Source: Auanema rhodensis (taxonomy: Eukaryota > Animalia > Nematoda). Taken from it: DNA of 64,000 nucleotides. The stretch covers positions 11,098,001 to 11,162,000 of the forward strand of contig OZ059894.1 of assembly GCA_964057225.1 (NCBI GenBank). Reading direction: 5' to 3'. Made by a program: the position numbers and the translations under genes. Every line of letters starts with the position of its first letter. Position 1 is the first letter of the stretch. The notes below the pieces were generated by a model, which saw nothing but the letters and a program-made list of their open reading frames with translations, made no database searches and was not told the origin of the DNA. Shown in pieces: positions 9,893 to 22,161 of this stretch.

Positions 9893-10334
9893 ACAGCATA
9901 GCCATGAGTATCAAAGACATCAAGCAAATGTATCGTACTTGTTACGAGTGCACTCTCTCATTTGAATATAAAAGTGTGGTTTGACAATCTTGACTGTACA
10001 GGTCATAAATGGCTCATATAAACTGTGGATTTACTCAACTTTTGGACTTATTTTTTTCTTATTCGAAGCGCTGCACTTTTTTCTATTCTTTTTATTCAAA
10101 TACTTGTATATAGTTTTATATGTACGGTTGCAAAGTTTCCGAATATTTTATATATTTTTATACAATAATTAGGAGAAGGTTAATACAATGAAATCTCCCA
10201 ACTTTACAGTGTTTGTATTGCTTACAGTATCTAGAACAACCACTCTTGTAATATTAGAGCACATATCAATCAACAACTTTTTCTAGTTATCAAAGCTTTT
10301 TTATTTTTTCAAGATATTTCAAATAAAATATAAA

Positions 10335-10453
10335 AGCTTACGACACCCGGGATTCCCAAGCCGTCTCCGATCCAAGTACTAACCGGGCCCAACGTTGCTT
10401 GACTTGCCAGATCGGACGGGATGGCGTACTTTCAACGTGGTATGGTCGTAAGC
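10335..10453 (-). rRNA. 5S: 5S rRNA
   Basis: Same sequence as 8228-8346. Confidence 0.97.
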
Positions 10454-10694
10454 AATGTTATATTCTTCATTATCAGTTATATCACTCTAAATCTTGTTGT
10501 TAATAGTTAGGACCACAAAGAAAACAACAGGAACAGTAACAAATGAAATGCCCAAACTTTACAGTGTTCGAGTTATTTACAGTATCTAAGACTACCTCTG
10601 TCGTGTTATTAGAGCAAACATTCGATTAACAACAACTTTTTTTTAGTTATCAAAGCTTTTTTATTTCTTCAAAAAATTTCAAATAAAATATAAA

Positions 10695-10813
10695 AGCTTA
10701 CGACACCCGGGATTCCCAAGCCGTCTCCGATCCAAGTACTAACCGGGCCCAACGTTGCTTGACTTGCCAGATCGGACGGGATGGCGTACTTTCAACGTGG
10801 TATGGTCGTAAGC
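10695..10813 (-). rRNA. 5S: 5S rRNA
   Basis: Same sequence, 360 bp from its partner. Confidence 0.97.
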
Positions 10814-10955
10814 AATGTCATATTCTTCATTATCAGTTATATCACTCTAAATCTTGTTGTTAATAGATACGACCACAAAGAAAACAACAGGAACAGTAAC
10901 AATAACAAAAAAAATTTTTTTTTCACCTATGTGTCTAAAGGTTAGCCATGTATCC

Positions 10956-10999
<44 letters not shown>

Positions 11000-12179
11000 A
11001 CAGTAAAAAGTCCAATCAAGAGAGAAATTTTTTCAACACATAGTTGTTTTTTTTTTAAATATCATTGTTTTTCCTCATAACTCGGTTTAAACTCGTTCTA
11101 ACCCGTTGAAATACGTCTAGAAAGTCTTTATAACATGCATATGTATGATAGAACTTCATATTTATTGTAATAGAAAATTTTATTTTCAGACGTCTTGGTT
11201 AACAATGATATGTTTTACCCCCTTATAATTTTTATCATAATGTTCCTTATACGGAACGCTCAATGAAACTTGCTTCCAGAAAAATTTCTTTCTATTTTTT
11301 CTTCATATGTACGTAGATACTATAGAGAACTATGATAGAAAACTTTAACATTCACGAAATCATCATTTCTCATTACGCTACGGAGGTTTAAAAAGCTGTG
11401 TTTTACCTTATAATAGACCGGAAAACCCTTGTGTTAAAACTGGACCGTTTTTACACATATAAAAATGTCCCGTATTCGGGACCCTAATGTAACTTTTGAT
11501 TCCCTATATTTTTTTTCATGAAATTTACAATCTACTGTAGAAAGAAGAATTATTTTTATAAAAACTGTAAATTTTTGAAAAATGAAAACAAAACGAAAAC
11601 AAAAACAACTTTTTTTTGAACATTTTCTCACACAAGGGTCCCCCCTTACCTACTTTTTTTCTCATTACTCGTTTCAACCTCATCCGATCACTCTGCAAAC
11701 ATGTTTAATCGTTCTAACTTGTTGAAATACGTCTTAAAAGTCTAAACAACATGCATATGCATAATAGAAACCACCCGAATAGGCCCCCACGCACTAAACG
11801 AGATATATACATTACCAGTATAGTAATAGAACACATATTGAAGATTAATTCGATAAGAACAATTTATTGACGTAGAGAATGTTTGTTCTGAAAAACTACA
11901 ATATTAAACTATAAAAGTAACAAAAGCGTAGAGGCAGCAAAGACATGAATAAACATAAATGTAAATACAGAATTACCAGGTAGTACATAAGTATGACAAA
12001 AAATTATAAGAAAGCCATGAAAATAGAAGGTTTGTGAACAAATGAGAGGTACATCTTTGATCGTATAGTCATTTCTAAACCGTTCGTATGCTGCAGCATC
12101 GTCATAAGCGTCACTCAAGTTGAATTTCCATGTGTACTACACGATTTTCATTCTTATTGTTACATTCTTTCCCTGAGGG

Positions 12180-12326
12180 AATGGGCCGTTCCCGCCAGCA
12201 GTGCAAGAGCGGGTCGACCCGTGAGGTGGAGCTAGCAAGCCAGCATCTACCTCAAGTCTCAAAAATCGGTTAACCTTATTGTGAACCAATGGAACACATA
12301 TCGAAGGTTAATTCGATAAGAACGAT
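12180..12326 (-). pseudogene. U2: U2 3' part (nt 40-186), interrupted by non-LTR copy 1
   Basis: U2 identity ends at gaacgat|ggtttattg. Confidence 0.93.
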
Positions 12327-15300
12327 GGTTTATTGAATAAATAATGTTATGATACAATAAATAACCAATAAAAAAGAGCCCAGAATCGGGGAGACGGTAT
12401 TACCAGTACAACTTAAAACAGCAAGTGATTAAAAAGTACAAAATAAAACACATTACCAACAGAGGCTAAAACGACTCAAGAGTCGGGGGAGTGGGTTAAA
12501 AAAAGTAATGAATAACAAAAAAATGAATAATAAAGCAGAACAGTGAAAAGTAAATATCAAGTGCCGCTATGATCAAACAATTTGAGTGCCTACGGCAATG
12601 GTGTTAAAAATAAACAACAAAATACATGTACCAATGAAGGTCAGAAGGAAAGAGAAAAAAAAAAAAAAAAAAAAAAAGACCAAAATAAGTAATACAAAAA
12701 GTAAACACATTACAATCGAATCACAAACAAGTCAATGGATAATTTCTTCTTCATACTGCCTTACACCAGAAACATGTTCCACGTAGATATTCCTGGCCCA
12801 CTTGATGGTATCGGCGACGATGAGCTTCTCCATTAGCCGGTTGTAGTGGCTGCTGATCTTGAGTGATCGGAGGGCTTGTCCGTTGAGCGGGTCCATAGTT
12901 CCAAGCGTTCCTACGACATACGCTTCTACACTAGTCTTATAACCAAGACATTGGTATTGGCTGGCTATGTCAGCATATTTCCTCTCCTTTATCATACGCG
13001 CGGCTATCATGGCTTGTCGGCGGTTTTCATAGCTCACTGTAACATCAACGATACTACAGTGTTTTGCGTCATGATCGACCACTACTATGTCAGGTCGGAG
13101 TGTACTATTAATGCCAGGAAGTGGCTGGTTAGTGTAAACTTCTCCGTTTTTAGGCTCTGGCAGGGCTTTGATAAGACGGTCCACGATGTTGTTGTGGCGG
13201 AGTTGGATTGCTCTCGTGTGAAAGTGGCAGTGTCCAAGAACATGTGCAGCAGTTTCGTTGGGGTAACTACACCTGCGGCACTGTTTGTTTCCTTCTCCGT
13301 GTCTTCTACAGCCATTGAGCTGGAGAGTATTAAGTCGAGCCTTGTGGATGAATCGCCAATCAGCAAACCGTATGAAATCTCCCTTCGCCATAAAGTGATT
13401 GGACGCTTTGTTGAGCATTGTGACATCAAAGACTTTCCCTTGATCCGGTTTTTGAAGAAGGATCCGAAGGTCTTTCAGCCATAATGCACGTCGCAGGCTT
13501 CTGTGGCATAGTGAAGGTGTTAACAGTTGGTTGTTTAGATTGAGTTCTAAACCACTTTCGAGGCATGTCCAGTTAGCGTTGATGAGTTTCTTGAGTTGAC
13601 GCATCGCTACTCTTACTCTAGTCCAGATGGAGGAAACATCAGATGTTTCGGTGTCGAAAATGCCATCAACGGAACCGTTGTAATATGCAGCTGTCTCATC
13701 GTTACTGGCTTGACGTTTAATCCTTTTTGATGCTACTTTTTTTGAGTCTTGATGCGCAATATCAGCTACTACAAGATCAGATGACTTCAAAAGTTGGTAG
13801 GCATGAGTGACTTCACAGACGTCTGACAGGTGTTGGAGTCGAGAGAGACCAAGTCCGCCGTAGTTAGTTGGCAGGTAGATTGGTTCAGCACTGGCGTTTG
13901 GAGGATAGTGCATCCATCTACGGGCACAGCGTTTGAGTTCTTTGTCAAAGGCGACCAGTTTACTCTTTGGGACGTGGCCATTCGTCATATGAAAATTAAG
14001 GCAGGGCATCAGGAAGGTGCGTACTGCGTCAGCTTTCTGCCATTCAGCAAGTAAGGATTTGTCAATTTTTTCCAAGTGTTGACTCATAATATTCACTGTT
14101 GGAACCGCAGACTTATGTAAATGCATTCCAGTAGGGATTCCCAGGTGGGAGTAGCTGTCGAATTTGCTGAGAGCGGGTAGAGAGGAGCTCTGTAGCATGT
14201 ATGAGGCTGTTGATATTTTCCCTTTGTCGATCGTCAAGGTGGCGCATTTCGCTGGTTTGAAGGTCAAGCCTGTGAAATTAGCCGCATTTGATGCTGCGTC
14301 CAACATTTTCTGTAGATCTTCTGATGATGAGGAGATCAGGGCAAGGTCATCGGCGTACGCTAGCACAGCGATGTTGTGGTTGTGTAGCTTATAGCCAGTA
14401 GAGGATTCCAAGATGGTTTTAATTAGAGGTTCAATGGCAAGGTTGAACAGGATCGGAGATAGTGGGGATCCTTGTAACACACCTGCATGAACTGGAATGG
14501 TCGATGTGAGTCCGGAGCCTGTCTGGATTCTTGTAGAGGCATCTGTGTATAGAGCTCGTACTCGGGATATTGAGGCTTCAGCCACTCCTGACCATCTTAG
14601 AACGTCTAGCAGAGTTTCGTGTGGCAGCGATCCAAAAGCGTTTGCGAGATCAAGCCAAGCAATTGCAATTTTCTCACGTTTACGTTTAGCGTCCGCAATG
14701 GTACTTTGCAACATAAAGTTGTGTTCCATGCATCCAGCTTTGGCCACAAAGCCCTTTTGGGAGGGAGAAAGTCTTTTTTCTGCTCTTGCCCATGTTAGCA
14801 GTCGATGCGTAAGACAAGCTGAGTACGTCTTACCAATTGTGCACGAAAGTGCTATTGGTCGCCAGTTGTTAATGTCAGCTTTATCACCTTTCTTATGGAT
14901 GAGGACGGTGGTCGACTCTTTCCAGGAAAAAGGGATGTGTCCTAGCTTGTGTACGGTGTTAAATATCGCTGCTAATATGTGACCTCCTTGGTCAAATTTC
15001 TTCCAGTGCGAGTATCGAAGTCCATCAGCTCCTGGAGCCGTATCGCTGCAACGTCGTATGCGTTCCCAGACTTCCAAAGGGGTGAAAACACCTTCTAATG
15101 GGTCGGTACTAGCTGGCAAATCCGGTCTGGTGACTGTGATGGGGAGGGCTGGGCCTTGACTGCTGTGAACAGAAAGGAAATGTTTTTCAACCTCTGCAGA
15201 TGGTATGGTGCAGGTTTCACTTTGTTCTCCGAGCAGTTGTCGAAAGGCTTTCTTCTTGTTGGCCCTCCAGAGCTTCTGGAGCTTCATCGCCTGGGTTTTT

Positions 15301-16062
15301 TGGTCTTCCTCAGGTTGTGTGTGTGGTCGGCGCCTTTGTCGGAAGTTGGGAACTTTGATCATAATGTCAAGAGACTTTCTGATTGCGTCTACCAACTCTT
15401 CCAGGACCTGCTCGAGCTCACTTTTGCACACAACCTTTTTAATTCTATCCACCCAAGTATTTTCAGAGTTTCTATTCGGATCAGGGTCGGCAAAAGATGG
15501 TTCTGTACTCGGAACCCTGATCTCGTTGAATATTTCACTCTCTCGCGGAAGGGGGGAAACTTCGGCCTCTGGGGACAAGTCCAGAATTGGGGCCTCAAAC
15601 AAGCGTACCGTTGATGGAGATCCTTGTTCCTGTCCACTGGATGATGTTTCCTCCATTGTACGCTCCTCCACGGGCGGGGTGGTCGTCCTTGTGCCTGGTG
15701 GGCGGGTGTTCCTGATCCTCCGCAATATAGGGCGGGAACTGGGCTCTCTCGGAGATAGAGGTGAGATCACCACAGTTTCCTCTATGATGCGGAGGCATCC
15801 TTCAGCTTTTTTCTGATGGCTTTTAACGGCCTTCAGATTGCTGGTGAGGCCACAGGCACGGCACTCAAATTCTACTCCGACCTCATGTTCTCTCCGAAGA
15901 TGGCGGACGAGACCATTGTGGTCTGAGTAGGATCGCGGAATAGGAGCGCAGATTGAACAAGAAAAAGGCCTCTGAAGAGGCACCTTTAGCTTGTAAAGCC
16001 CTTGCTCCATCTCTAGCAGATCTAAAGACTTACGTAGTACAGTTGCAATATCGATTTAGCCA
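12327..16062 (-). mobile_element. U2-specific RLE non-LTR retrotransposon (Utopia/NeSL-like), copy 1, full length
   Basis: Inserted next to the U2 branch-point recognition sequence GTAGTA; single ORF with ZnF, RT and RLE; 3' UTR ends TTCAATAAACC(AT), no poly(A). Confidence 0.92.
12732..16010 (-). CDS. Non-LTR retrotransposon protein: 2 N-terminal Zn fingers, RT (YADD), CCHC knuckle, restriction-like endonuclease
   Basis: CSIC..H..H and CRAC; APGADG, NWRPIAL, WLDLANAFGSL, GVLQGSPLSPILF, YADD; CRRC-ETAAHVLGHC; RHN..PD..D..K..KY. Confidence 0.96.
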   Translation of the reverse strand: MEQGLYKLKVPLQRPFSCSICAPIPRSYSDHNGLVRHLRREHEVGVEFECRACGLTSNLKAVKSHQKKAEGCLRIIEETVVISPLSPREPSSRPILRRIRNTRPPGTRTTTPPVEERTMEETSSSGQEQGSPSTVRLFEAPILDLSPEAEVSPLPRESEIFNEIRVPSTEPSFADPDPNRNSENTWVDRIKKVVCKSELEQVLEELVDAIRKSLDIMIKVPNFRQRRRPHTQPEEDQKTQAMKLQKLWRANKKKAFRQLLGEQSETCTIPSAEVEKHFLSVHSSQGPALPITVTRPDLPASTDPLEGVFTPLEVWERIRRCSDTAPGADGLRYSHWKKFDQGGHILAAIFNTVHKLGHIPFSWKESTTVLIHKKGDKADINNWRPIALSCTIGKTYSACLTHRLLTWARAEKRLSPSQKGFVAKAGCMEHNFMLQSTIADAKRKREKIAIAWLDLANAFGSLPHETLLDVLRWSGVAEASISRVRALYTDASTRIQTGSGLTSTIPVHAGVLQGSPLSPILFNLAIEPLIKTILESSTGYKLHNHNIAVLAYADDLALISSSSEDLQKMLDAASNAANFTGLTFKPAKCATLTIDKGKISTASYMLQSSSLPALSKFDSYSHLGIPTGMHLHKSAVPTVNIMSQHLEKIDKSLLAEWQKADAVRTFLMPCLNFHMTNGHVPKSKLVAFDKELKRCARRWMHYPPNASAEPIYLPTNYGGLGLSRLQHLSDVCEVTHAYQLLKSSDLVVADIAHQDSKKVASKRIKRQASNDETAAYYNGSVDGIFDTETSDVSSIWTRVRVAMRQLKKLINANWTCLESGLELNLNNQLLTPSLCHRSLRRALWLKDLRILLQKPDQGKVFDVTMLNKASNHFMAKGDFIRFADWRFIHKARLNTLQLNGCRRHGEGNKQCRRCSYPNETAAHVLGHCHFHTRAIQLRHNNIVDRLIKALPEPKNGEVYTNQPLPGINSTLRPDIVVVDHDAKHCSIVDVTVSYENRRQAMIAARMIKERKYADIASQYQCLGYKTSVEAYVVGTLGTMDPLNGQALRSLKISSHYNRLMEKLIVADTIKWARNIYVEHVSGVRQYEEEIIH

Positions 16063-16156
16063 TTAACCTTATTGTGAACCAATGGAACACATATCGAAGG
16101 TTAATTCGATAAGAACGATTACTACACTTTGATCTTAGCCAAAAGGCCGAGAAGCG
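16063..16156 (-). pseudogene. U2: U2 nt 3-96 leader at the 5' end of non-LTR copy 1
   Basis: Exact U2 match; nt 1-2 and 32 bp of upstream DNA are deleted. Confidence 0.93.
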
Positions 16157-16566
16157 CAAATGTATCGTCCTTGTTACGAGTGCACTCTCTCATTTGAATA
16201 TAAAAGTGTGGTTTGACAATCTTGACTGTACAGGTCATAAATGGCTCATATAAACTGTGGATTTACTCAACTTTTGGACTTATTTTTTTCTTATTCGAAG
16301 CGCTGCACTTTTTTCTATTCTTTTTATTCAAATACTTGTATATAGTTTTATATGTACGGTTGCAAAGTTTCCGAATATTTTATATATTTTTATACAATAA
16401 TTAGGAGAAGGTTAATACAATGAAATCTCCCAACTTTACAGTGTTTGTATTGCTTACAGTATCTAGAACAACCACTCTTGTAATATTAGAGCACATATCA
16501 ATCAACAACTTTTTCTAGTTATCAAAGCTTTTTTATTTCTTCAAGATATTTCAAATAAAATATAAA

Positions 16567-16685
16567 AGCTTACGACACCCGGGATTCCCAAGCCGTCTCC
16601 GATCCAAGTACTAACCGGGCCCAACGTTGCTTGACTTGCCAGATCGGACGGGATGGCGTACTTTCAACGTGGTATGGTCGTAAGC
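16567..16685 (-). rRNA. 5S: 5S rRNA
   Basis: Same sequence. Confidence 0.97.
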
Positions 16686-16926
16686 AATGTTATATTCTTC
16701 ATTATCAGTTATATCACTCTAAATCTTGTTGTTAATAGTTAGGACCACAAAGAAAACAACAGGAACAGTAACAAATGAAATGCCCAAACTTTACAGTGTT
16801 CGAGTTATTTACAGTATCTAAGACTACCTCTGTCGTGTTATTAGAGCAAACATTCGATTAACAACAACTTTTTTTTAGTTATCAAAGCTTTTTTATTTCT
16901 TCAAAAAATTTCAAATAAAATATAAA

Positions 16927-17045
16927 AGCTTACGACACCCGGGATTCCCAAGCCGTCTCCGATCCAAGTACTAACCGGGCCCAACGTTGCTTGACTTGCC
17001 AGATCGGACGGGATGGCGTACTTTCAACGTGGTATGGTCGTAAGC
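16927..17045 (-). rRNA. 5S: 5S rRNA
   Basis: Same sequence. Confidence 0.97.
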
Positions 17046-17187
17046 AATGTCATATTCTTCATTATCAGTTATATCACTCTAAATCTTGTTGTTAATAGAT
17101 ACGACCACAAAGAAAACAACAGGAACAGTAACAATAACAAAAAAAATTTTTTTTTCACCTATGTGTCTAAAGGTTAGCCATGTATCC

Positions 17188-17231
<44 letters not shown>

Positions 17232-18411
17232 ACAGTAAAAAGTCCAATCAAGAGAGAAATTTTTTCAACACATAGTTGTTTTTTTTTTAAATATCATTGT
17301 TTTTCCTCATAACTCGGTTTAAACTCGTTCTAACCCGTTGAAATACGTCTAGAAAGTCTTTATAACATGCATATGTATGATAGAACTTCATATTTATTGT
17401 AATAGAAAATTTTATTTTCAGACGTCTTGGTTAACAATGATATGTTTTACCCCCTTATAATTTTTATCATAATGTTCCTTATACGGAACGCTCAATGAAA
17501 CTTGCTTCCAGAAAAATTTCTTTCTATTTTTTCTTCATATGTACGTAGATACTATAGAGAACTATGATAGAAAACTTTAACATTCACGAAATCATCATTT
17601 CTCATTACGCTACGGAGGTTTAAAAAGCTGTGTTTTACCTTATAATAGACCGGAAAACCCTTGTGTTAAAACTGGACCGTTTTTACACATATAAAAATGT
17701 CCCGTATTCGGGACCCTAATGTAACTTTTGATTCCCTATATTTTTTTTCATGAAATTTACAATCTACTGTAGAAAGAAGAATTATTTTTATAAAAACTGT
17801 AAATTTTTGAAAAATGAAAACAAAACGAAAACAAAAACAACTTTTTTTTGAACATTTTCTCACACAAGGGTCCCCCCTTACCTACTTTTTTTCTCATTAC
17901 TCGTTTCAACCTCATCCGATCACTCTGCAAACATGTTTAATCGTTCTAACTTGTTGAAATACGTCTTAAAAGTCTAAACAACATGCATATGCATAATAGA
18001 AACCACCCGAATAGGCCCCCACGCACTAAACGAGATATATACATTACCAGTATAGTAATAGAACACATATTGAAGATTAATTCCATAAGAACAATTTATT
18101 GACGTAGAGAATGTTTGTTCCGAAAAACTACAATATTAAACTATAAAAGTAACAAAAGCGTAGAGGCAGCAAAGACATGAATAAACATAAATGTAAATAC
18201 AGAATTACCAGGTAGTACATAAGTATGACAAAAAATTATAAGAAAGCCATGAAAATAGAAGGTTTGTGAACAAATGAGAGGTACATCTTTGATCGTATAG
18301 TCATTTCTAAACCGTTCGTATGCTGCAGCATCGTCATAAGCGTCACTCAAGTTGAATTTCCATGTGTACTACACGATTTTCATTCTTATTGTTACATTCT
18401 TTCCCTGAGGG

Positions 18412-18597
18412 AATGGGCCGTTCCCGCCAGCAGTGCAAGAGCGGGTCGACCCGTGAGGTGGAGCTAGCAAGCCAGCATCTACCTCAAGTCTCAAAAATCG
18501 GTTAACCTTATTGTGAACCAATGGAACACATATCGAAGGTTAATTCGATAAGAACGATTACTACACTTTGATCTTAGCCAAAAGGCCGAGAAGCGAT
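18412..18597 (-). ncRNA. U2: U2 snRNA
   Basis: Same sequence as 7600-7785. Confidence 0.95.
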
Positions 18598-19039
18598 ACA
18601 GCATAGCCATGAGTATCAAAGACATCAAGCAAATGTATCGTACTTGTTACGAGTGCACTCTCTCATTTGAATATAAAAGTGTGGTTTGACAATCTTGACT
18701 GTACAGGTCATAAATGGCTCATATAAACTGTGGATTTACTCAACTTTTGGACTTATTTTTTTCTTATTCGAAGCGCTGCACTTTTTTCTATTCTTTTTAT
18801 TCAAATACTTGTATATAGTTTTATATGTACGGTTGCAAAGTTTCCGAATATTTTATATATTTTTATACAATAATTAGGAGAAGGTTAATACAATGAAATC
18901 TCCCAACTTTACAGTGTTTGTATTGCTTACAGTATCTAGAACAACCACTCTTGTAATATTAGAGCACATATCAATCAACAACTTTTTCTAGTTATCAAAG
19001 CTTTTTTATTTCTTCAAGATATTTCAAATAAAATATAAA

Positions 19040-19158
19040 AGCTTACGACACCCGGGATTCCCAAGCCGTCTCCGATCCAAGTACTAACCGGGCCCAACGT
19101 TGCTTGACTTGCCAGATCGGACGGGATGGCGTACTTTCAACGTGGTATGGTCGTAAGC
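19040..19158 (-). rRNA. 5S: 5S rRNA
   Basis: Same sequence. Confidence 0.97.
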
Positions 19159-19399
19159 AATGTTATATTCTTCATTATCAGTTATATCACTCTAAATCTT
19201 GTTGTTAATAGTTAGGACCACAAAGAAAACAACAGGAACAGTAACAAATGAAATGCCCAAACTTTACAGTGTTCGAGTTATTTACAGTATCTAAGACTAC
19301 CTCTGTCGTGTTATTAGAGCAAACATTCGATTAACAACAACTTTTTTTTAGTTATCAAAGCTTTTTTATTTCTTCAAAAAATTTCAAATAAAATATAAA

Positions 19400-19518
19400 A
19401 GCTTACGACACCCGGGATTCCCAAGCCGTCTCCGATCCAAGTACTAACCGGGCCCAACGTTGCTTGACTTGCCAGATCGGACGGGATGGCGTACTTTCAA
19501 CGTGGTATGGTCGTAAGC
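19400..19518 (-). rRNA. 5S: 5S rRNA
   Basis: Same sequence. Confidence 0.97.
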
Positions 19519-20870
19519 AATGTCATATTCTTCATTATCAGTTATATCACTCTAAATCTTGTTGTTAATAGATACGACCACAAAGAAAACAACAGGAACA
19601 GTAACAATAACAAAAAAAATTTTTTTTTCACCTATGTGTCTAAAGGTTAGCCATGTATCCGTTTATATATATATATATATATATATATCAACAGTAAAAA
19701 GTCCAATCAAGAGAGAAATTTTTTCAACACATAGTTGTTTTTTTTTTAAATATCATTGTTTTTCCTCATAACTCGGTTTAAACTCGTTCTAACCCGTTGA
19801 AATACGTCTAGAAAGTCTTTATAACATGCATATGTATGATAGAACTTCATATTTATTGTAATAGAAAATTTTATTTTCAGACGTCTTGGTTAACAATGAT
19901 ATGTTTTACCCCCTTATAATTTTTATCATAATGTTCCTTATACGGAACGCTCAATGAAACTTGCTTCCAGAAAAATTTCTTTCTATTTTTTCTTCATATG
20001 TACGTAGATACTATAGAGAACTATGATAGAAAACTTTAACATTCACGAAATCATCATTTCTCATTACGCTACGGAGGTTTAAAAAGCTGTGTTTTACCTT
20101 ATAATAGACCGGAAAACCCTTGTGTTAAAACTGGACCGTTTTTACACATATAAAAATGTCCCGTATTCGGGACCCTAATGTAACTTTTGATTCCCTATAT
20201 TTTTTTTCATGAAATTTACAATCTACTGTAGAAAGAAGAATTATTTTTATAAAAACTGTAAATTTTTGAAAAATGAAAACAAAACGAAAACAAAAACAAC
20301 TTTTTTTCGAACATTTTCTCACACAAGGGTCCCCCCTTACCTACTTTTTTTCTCATTACTCGTTTCAACCTCATCCGATCACTCTGCAAACATGTTTAAT
20401 CGTTCTAACTTGTTGAAATACGTCTTAAAAGTCTAAACAACATGCATATGCATAATAGAAACCACCCGAATAGGCCCCCACGCACTAAACGAGATATATA
20501 CATTACCAGTATAGTAATAGAACACATATTGAAGATTAATTCGATAAGAACAATTTATTGACGTAGAGAATGTTTGTTCCGAAAAACTACAATATTAAAC
20601 TATAAAAGTAACAAAAGCGTAGAGGCAGCAAAGACATGAATAAACATAAATGTAAATACAGAATTACCAGGTAGTACATAAGTATGACAAAAAATTATAA
20701 GAAAGCCATGAAAATAGAAGGTTTGTGAACAAATGAGAGGTACATCTTTGATCGTATAGTCATTTCTAAACCGTTCGTATGCTGCAGCATCGTCATAAGC
20801 GTCACTCAAGTTGAATTTCCATGTGTACTACACGATTTTCATTCTTATTGTTACATTCTTTCCCTGAGGG

Positions 20871-21056
20871 AATGGGCCGTTCCCGCCAGCAGTGCAAGAG
20901 CGGGTCGACCCGTGAGGTGGAACTAGCAAGCCAGCATCTACCTCAAGTCTCAAAAATCGGTTAACCTTATTGTGAACCAATGGAACACATATCGAAGGTT
21001 AATTCGATAAGAACGATTACTACACTTTGATCTTAGCCAAAAGGCCGAGAAGCGAT
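20871..21056 (-). ncRNA. U2: U2 snRNA (one substitution in stem III)
   Basis: Full copy; + strand ggaactagc instead of ggagctagc. Confidence 0.95.
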
Positions 21057-21498
21057 ACAGCATAGCCATGAGTATCAAAGACATCAAGCAAATGTATCGT
21101 ACTTGTTACGAGTGCACTCTCTCATTTGAATATAAAAGTGTGGTTTGACAATCTTGACTGTACAGGTCATAAATGGCTCATATAAACTGTGGATTTACTC
21201 AACTTTTGGACTTATTTTTTTCTTATTCGAAGCGCTGCACTTTTTTCTATTCTTTTTATTCAAATACTTGTATATAGTTTTATATGTACGGTTGCAAAGT
21301 TTCCGAATATTTTATATATTTTTATACAATAATTAGGAGAAGGTTAATACAATGAAATCTCCCAACTTTACAGTGTTTGTATTGCTTACAGTATCTAGAA
21401 CAACCACTCTTGTAATATTAGAGCACATATCAATCAACAACTTTTTCTAGTTATCAAAGCTTTTTTATTTCTTCAAGATATTTCAAATAAAATATAAA

Positions 21499-21617
21499 AG
21501 CTTACGACACCCGGGATTCCCAAGCCGTCTCCGATCCAAGTACTAACCGGGCCCAACGTTGCTTGACTTGCCAGATCGGACGGGATGGCGTACTTTCAAC
21601 GTGGTATGGTCGTAAGC
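21499..21617 (-). rRNA. 5S: 5S rRNA
   Basis: Same sequence. Confidence 0.97.
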
Positions 21618-21858
21618 AATGTTATATTCTTCATTATCAGTTATATCACTCTAAATCTTGTTGTTAATAGTTAGGACCACAAAGAAAACAACAGGAACAG
21701 TAACAAATGAAATGCCCAAACTTTACAGTGTTCGAGTTATTTACAGTATCTAAGACTACCTCTGTCGTGTTATTAGAGCAAACATTCGATTAACAACAAC
21801 TTTTTTTTAGTTATCAAAGCTTTTTTATTTCTTCAAAAAATTTCAAATAAAATATAAA

Positions 21859-21977
21859 AGCTTACGACACCCGGGATTCCCAAGCCGTCTCCGATCCAAG
21901 TACTAACCGGGCCCAACGTTGCTTGACTTGCCAGATCGGACGGGATGGCGTACTTTCAACGTGGTATGGTCGTAAGC
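21859..21977 (-). rRNA. 5S: 5S rRNA
   Basis: Same sequence. Confidence 0.97.
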
Positions 21978-22119
21978 AATGTCATATTCTTCATTATCAG
22001 TTATATCACTCTAAATCTTGTTGTTAATAGATACGACCACAAAGAAAACAACAGGAACAGTAACAATAACAAAAAAAATTTTTTTTTCACCTATGTGTCT
22101 AAAGGTTAGCCATGTATCC

Positions 22120-22161
<42 letters not shown>

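Noticed and set aside
12383-12398. 3' UTR segment gaatcggggagacgg resembling 5S box C (GGATCGGAGACGG)
   Set aside because: Short and needs a 2-nt gap plus a mismatch; compatible with chance.
12876-15816. Plus-strand ORFs of 150-200 aa overlapping the non-LTR ORF (and equivalents in other copies)
   Set aside because: Antisense shadows of a long coding frame, with no motifs.
12327-16062. R2 or a 5S-specific element
   Set aside because: The target is U2 in all five cases, not 28S or 5S.
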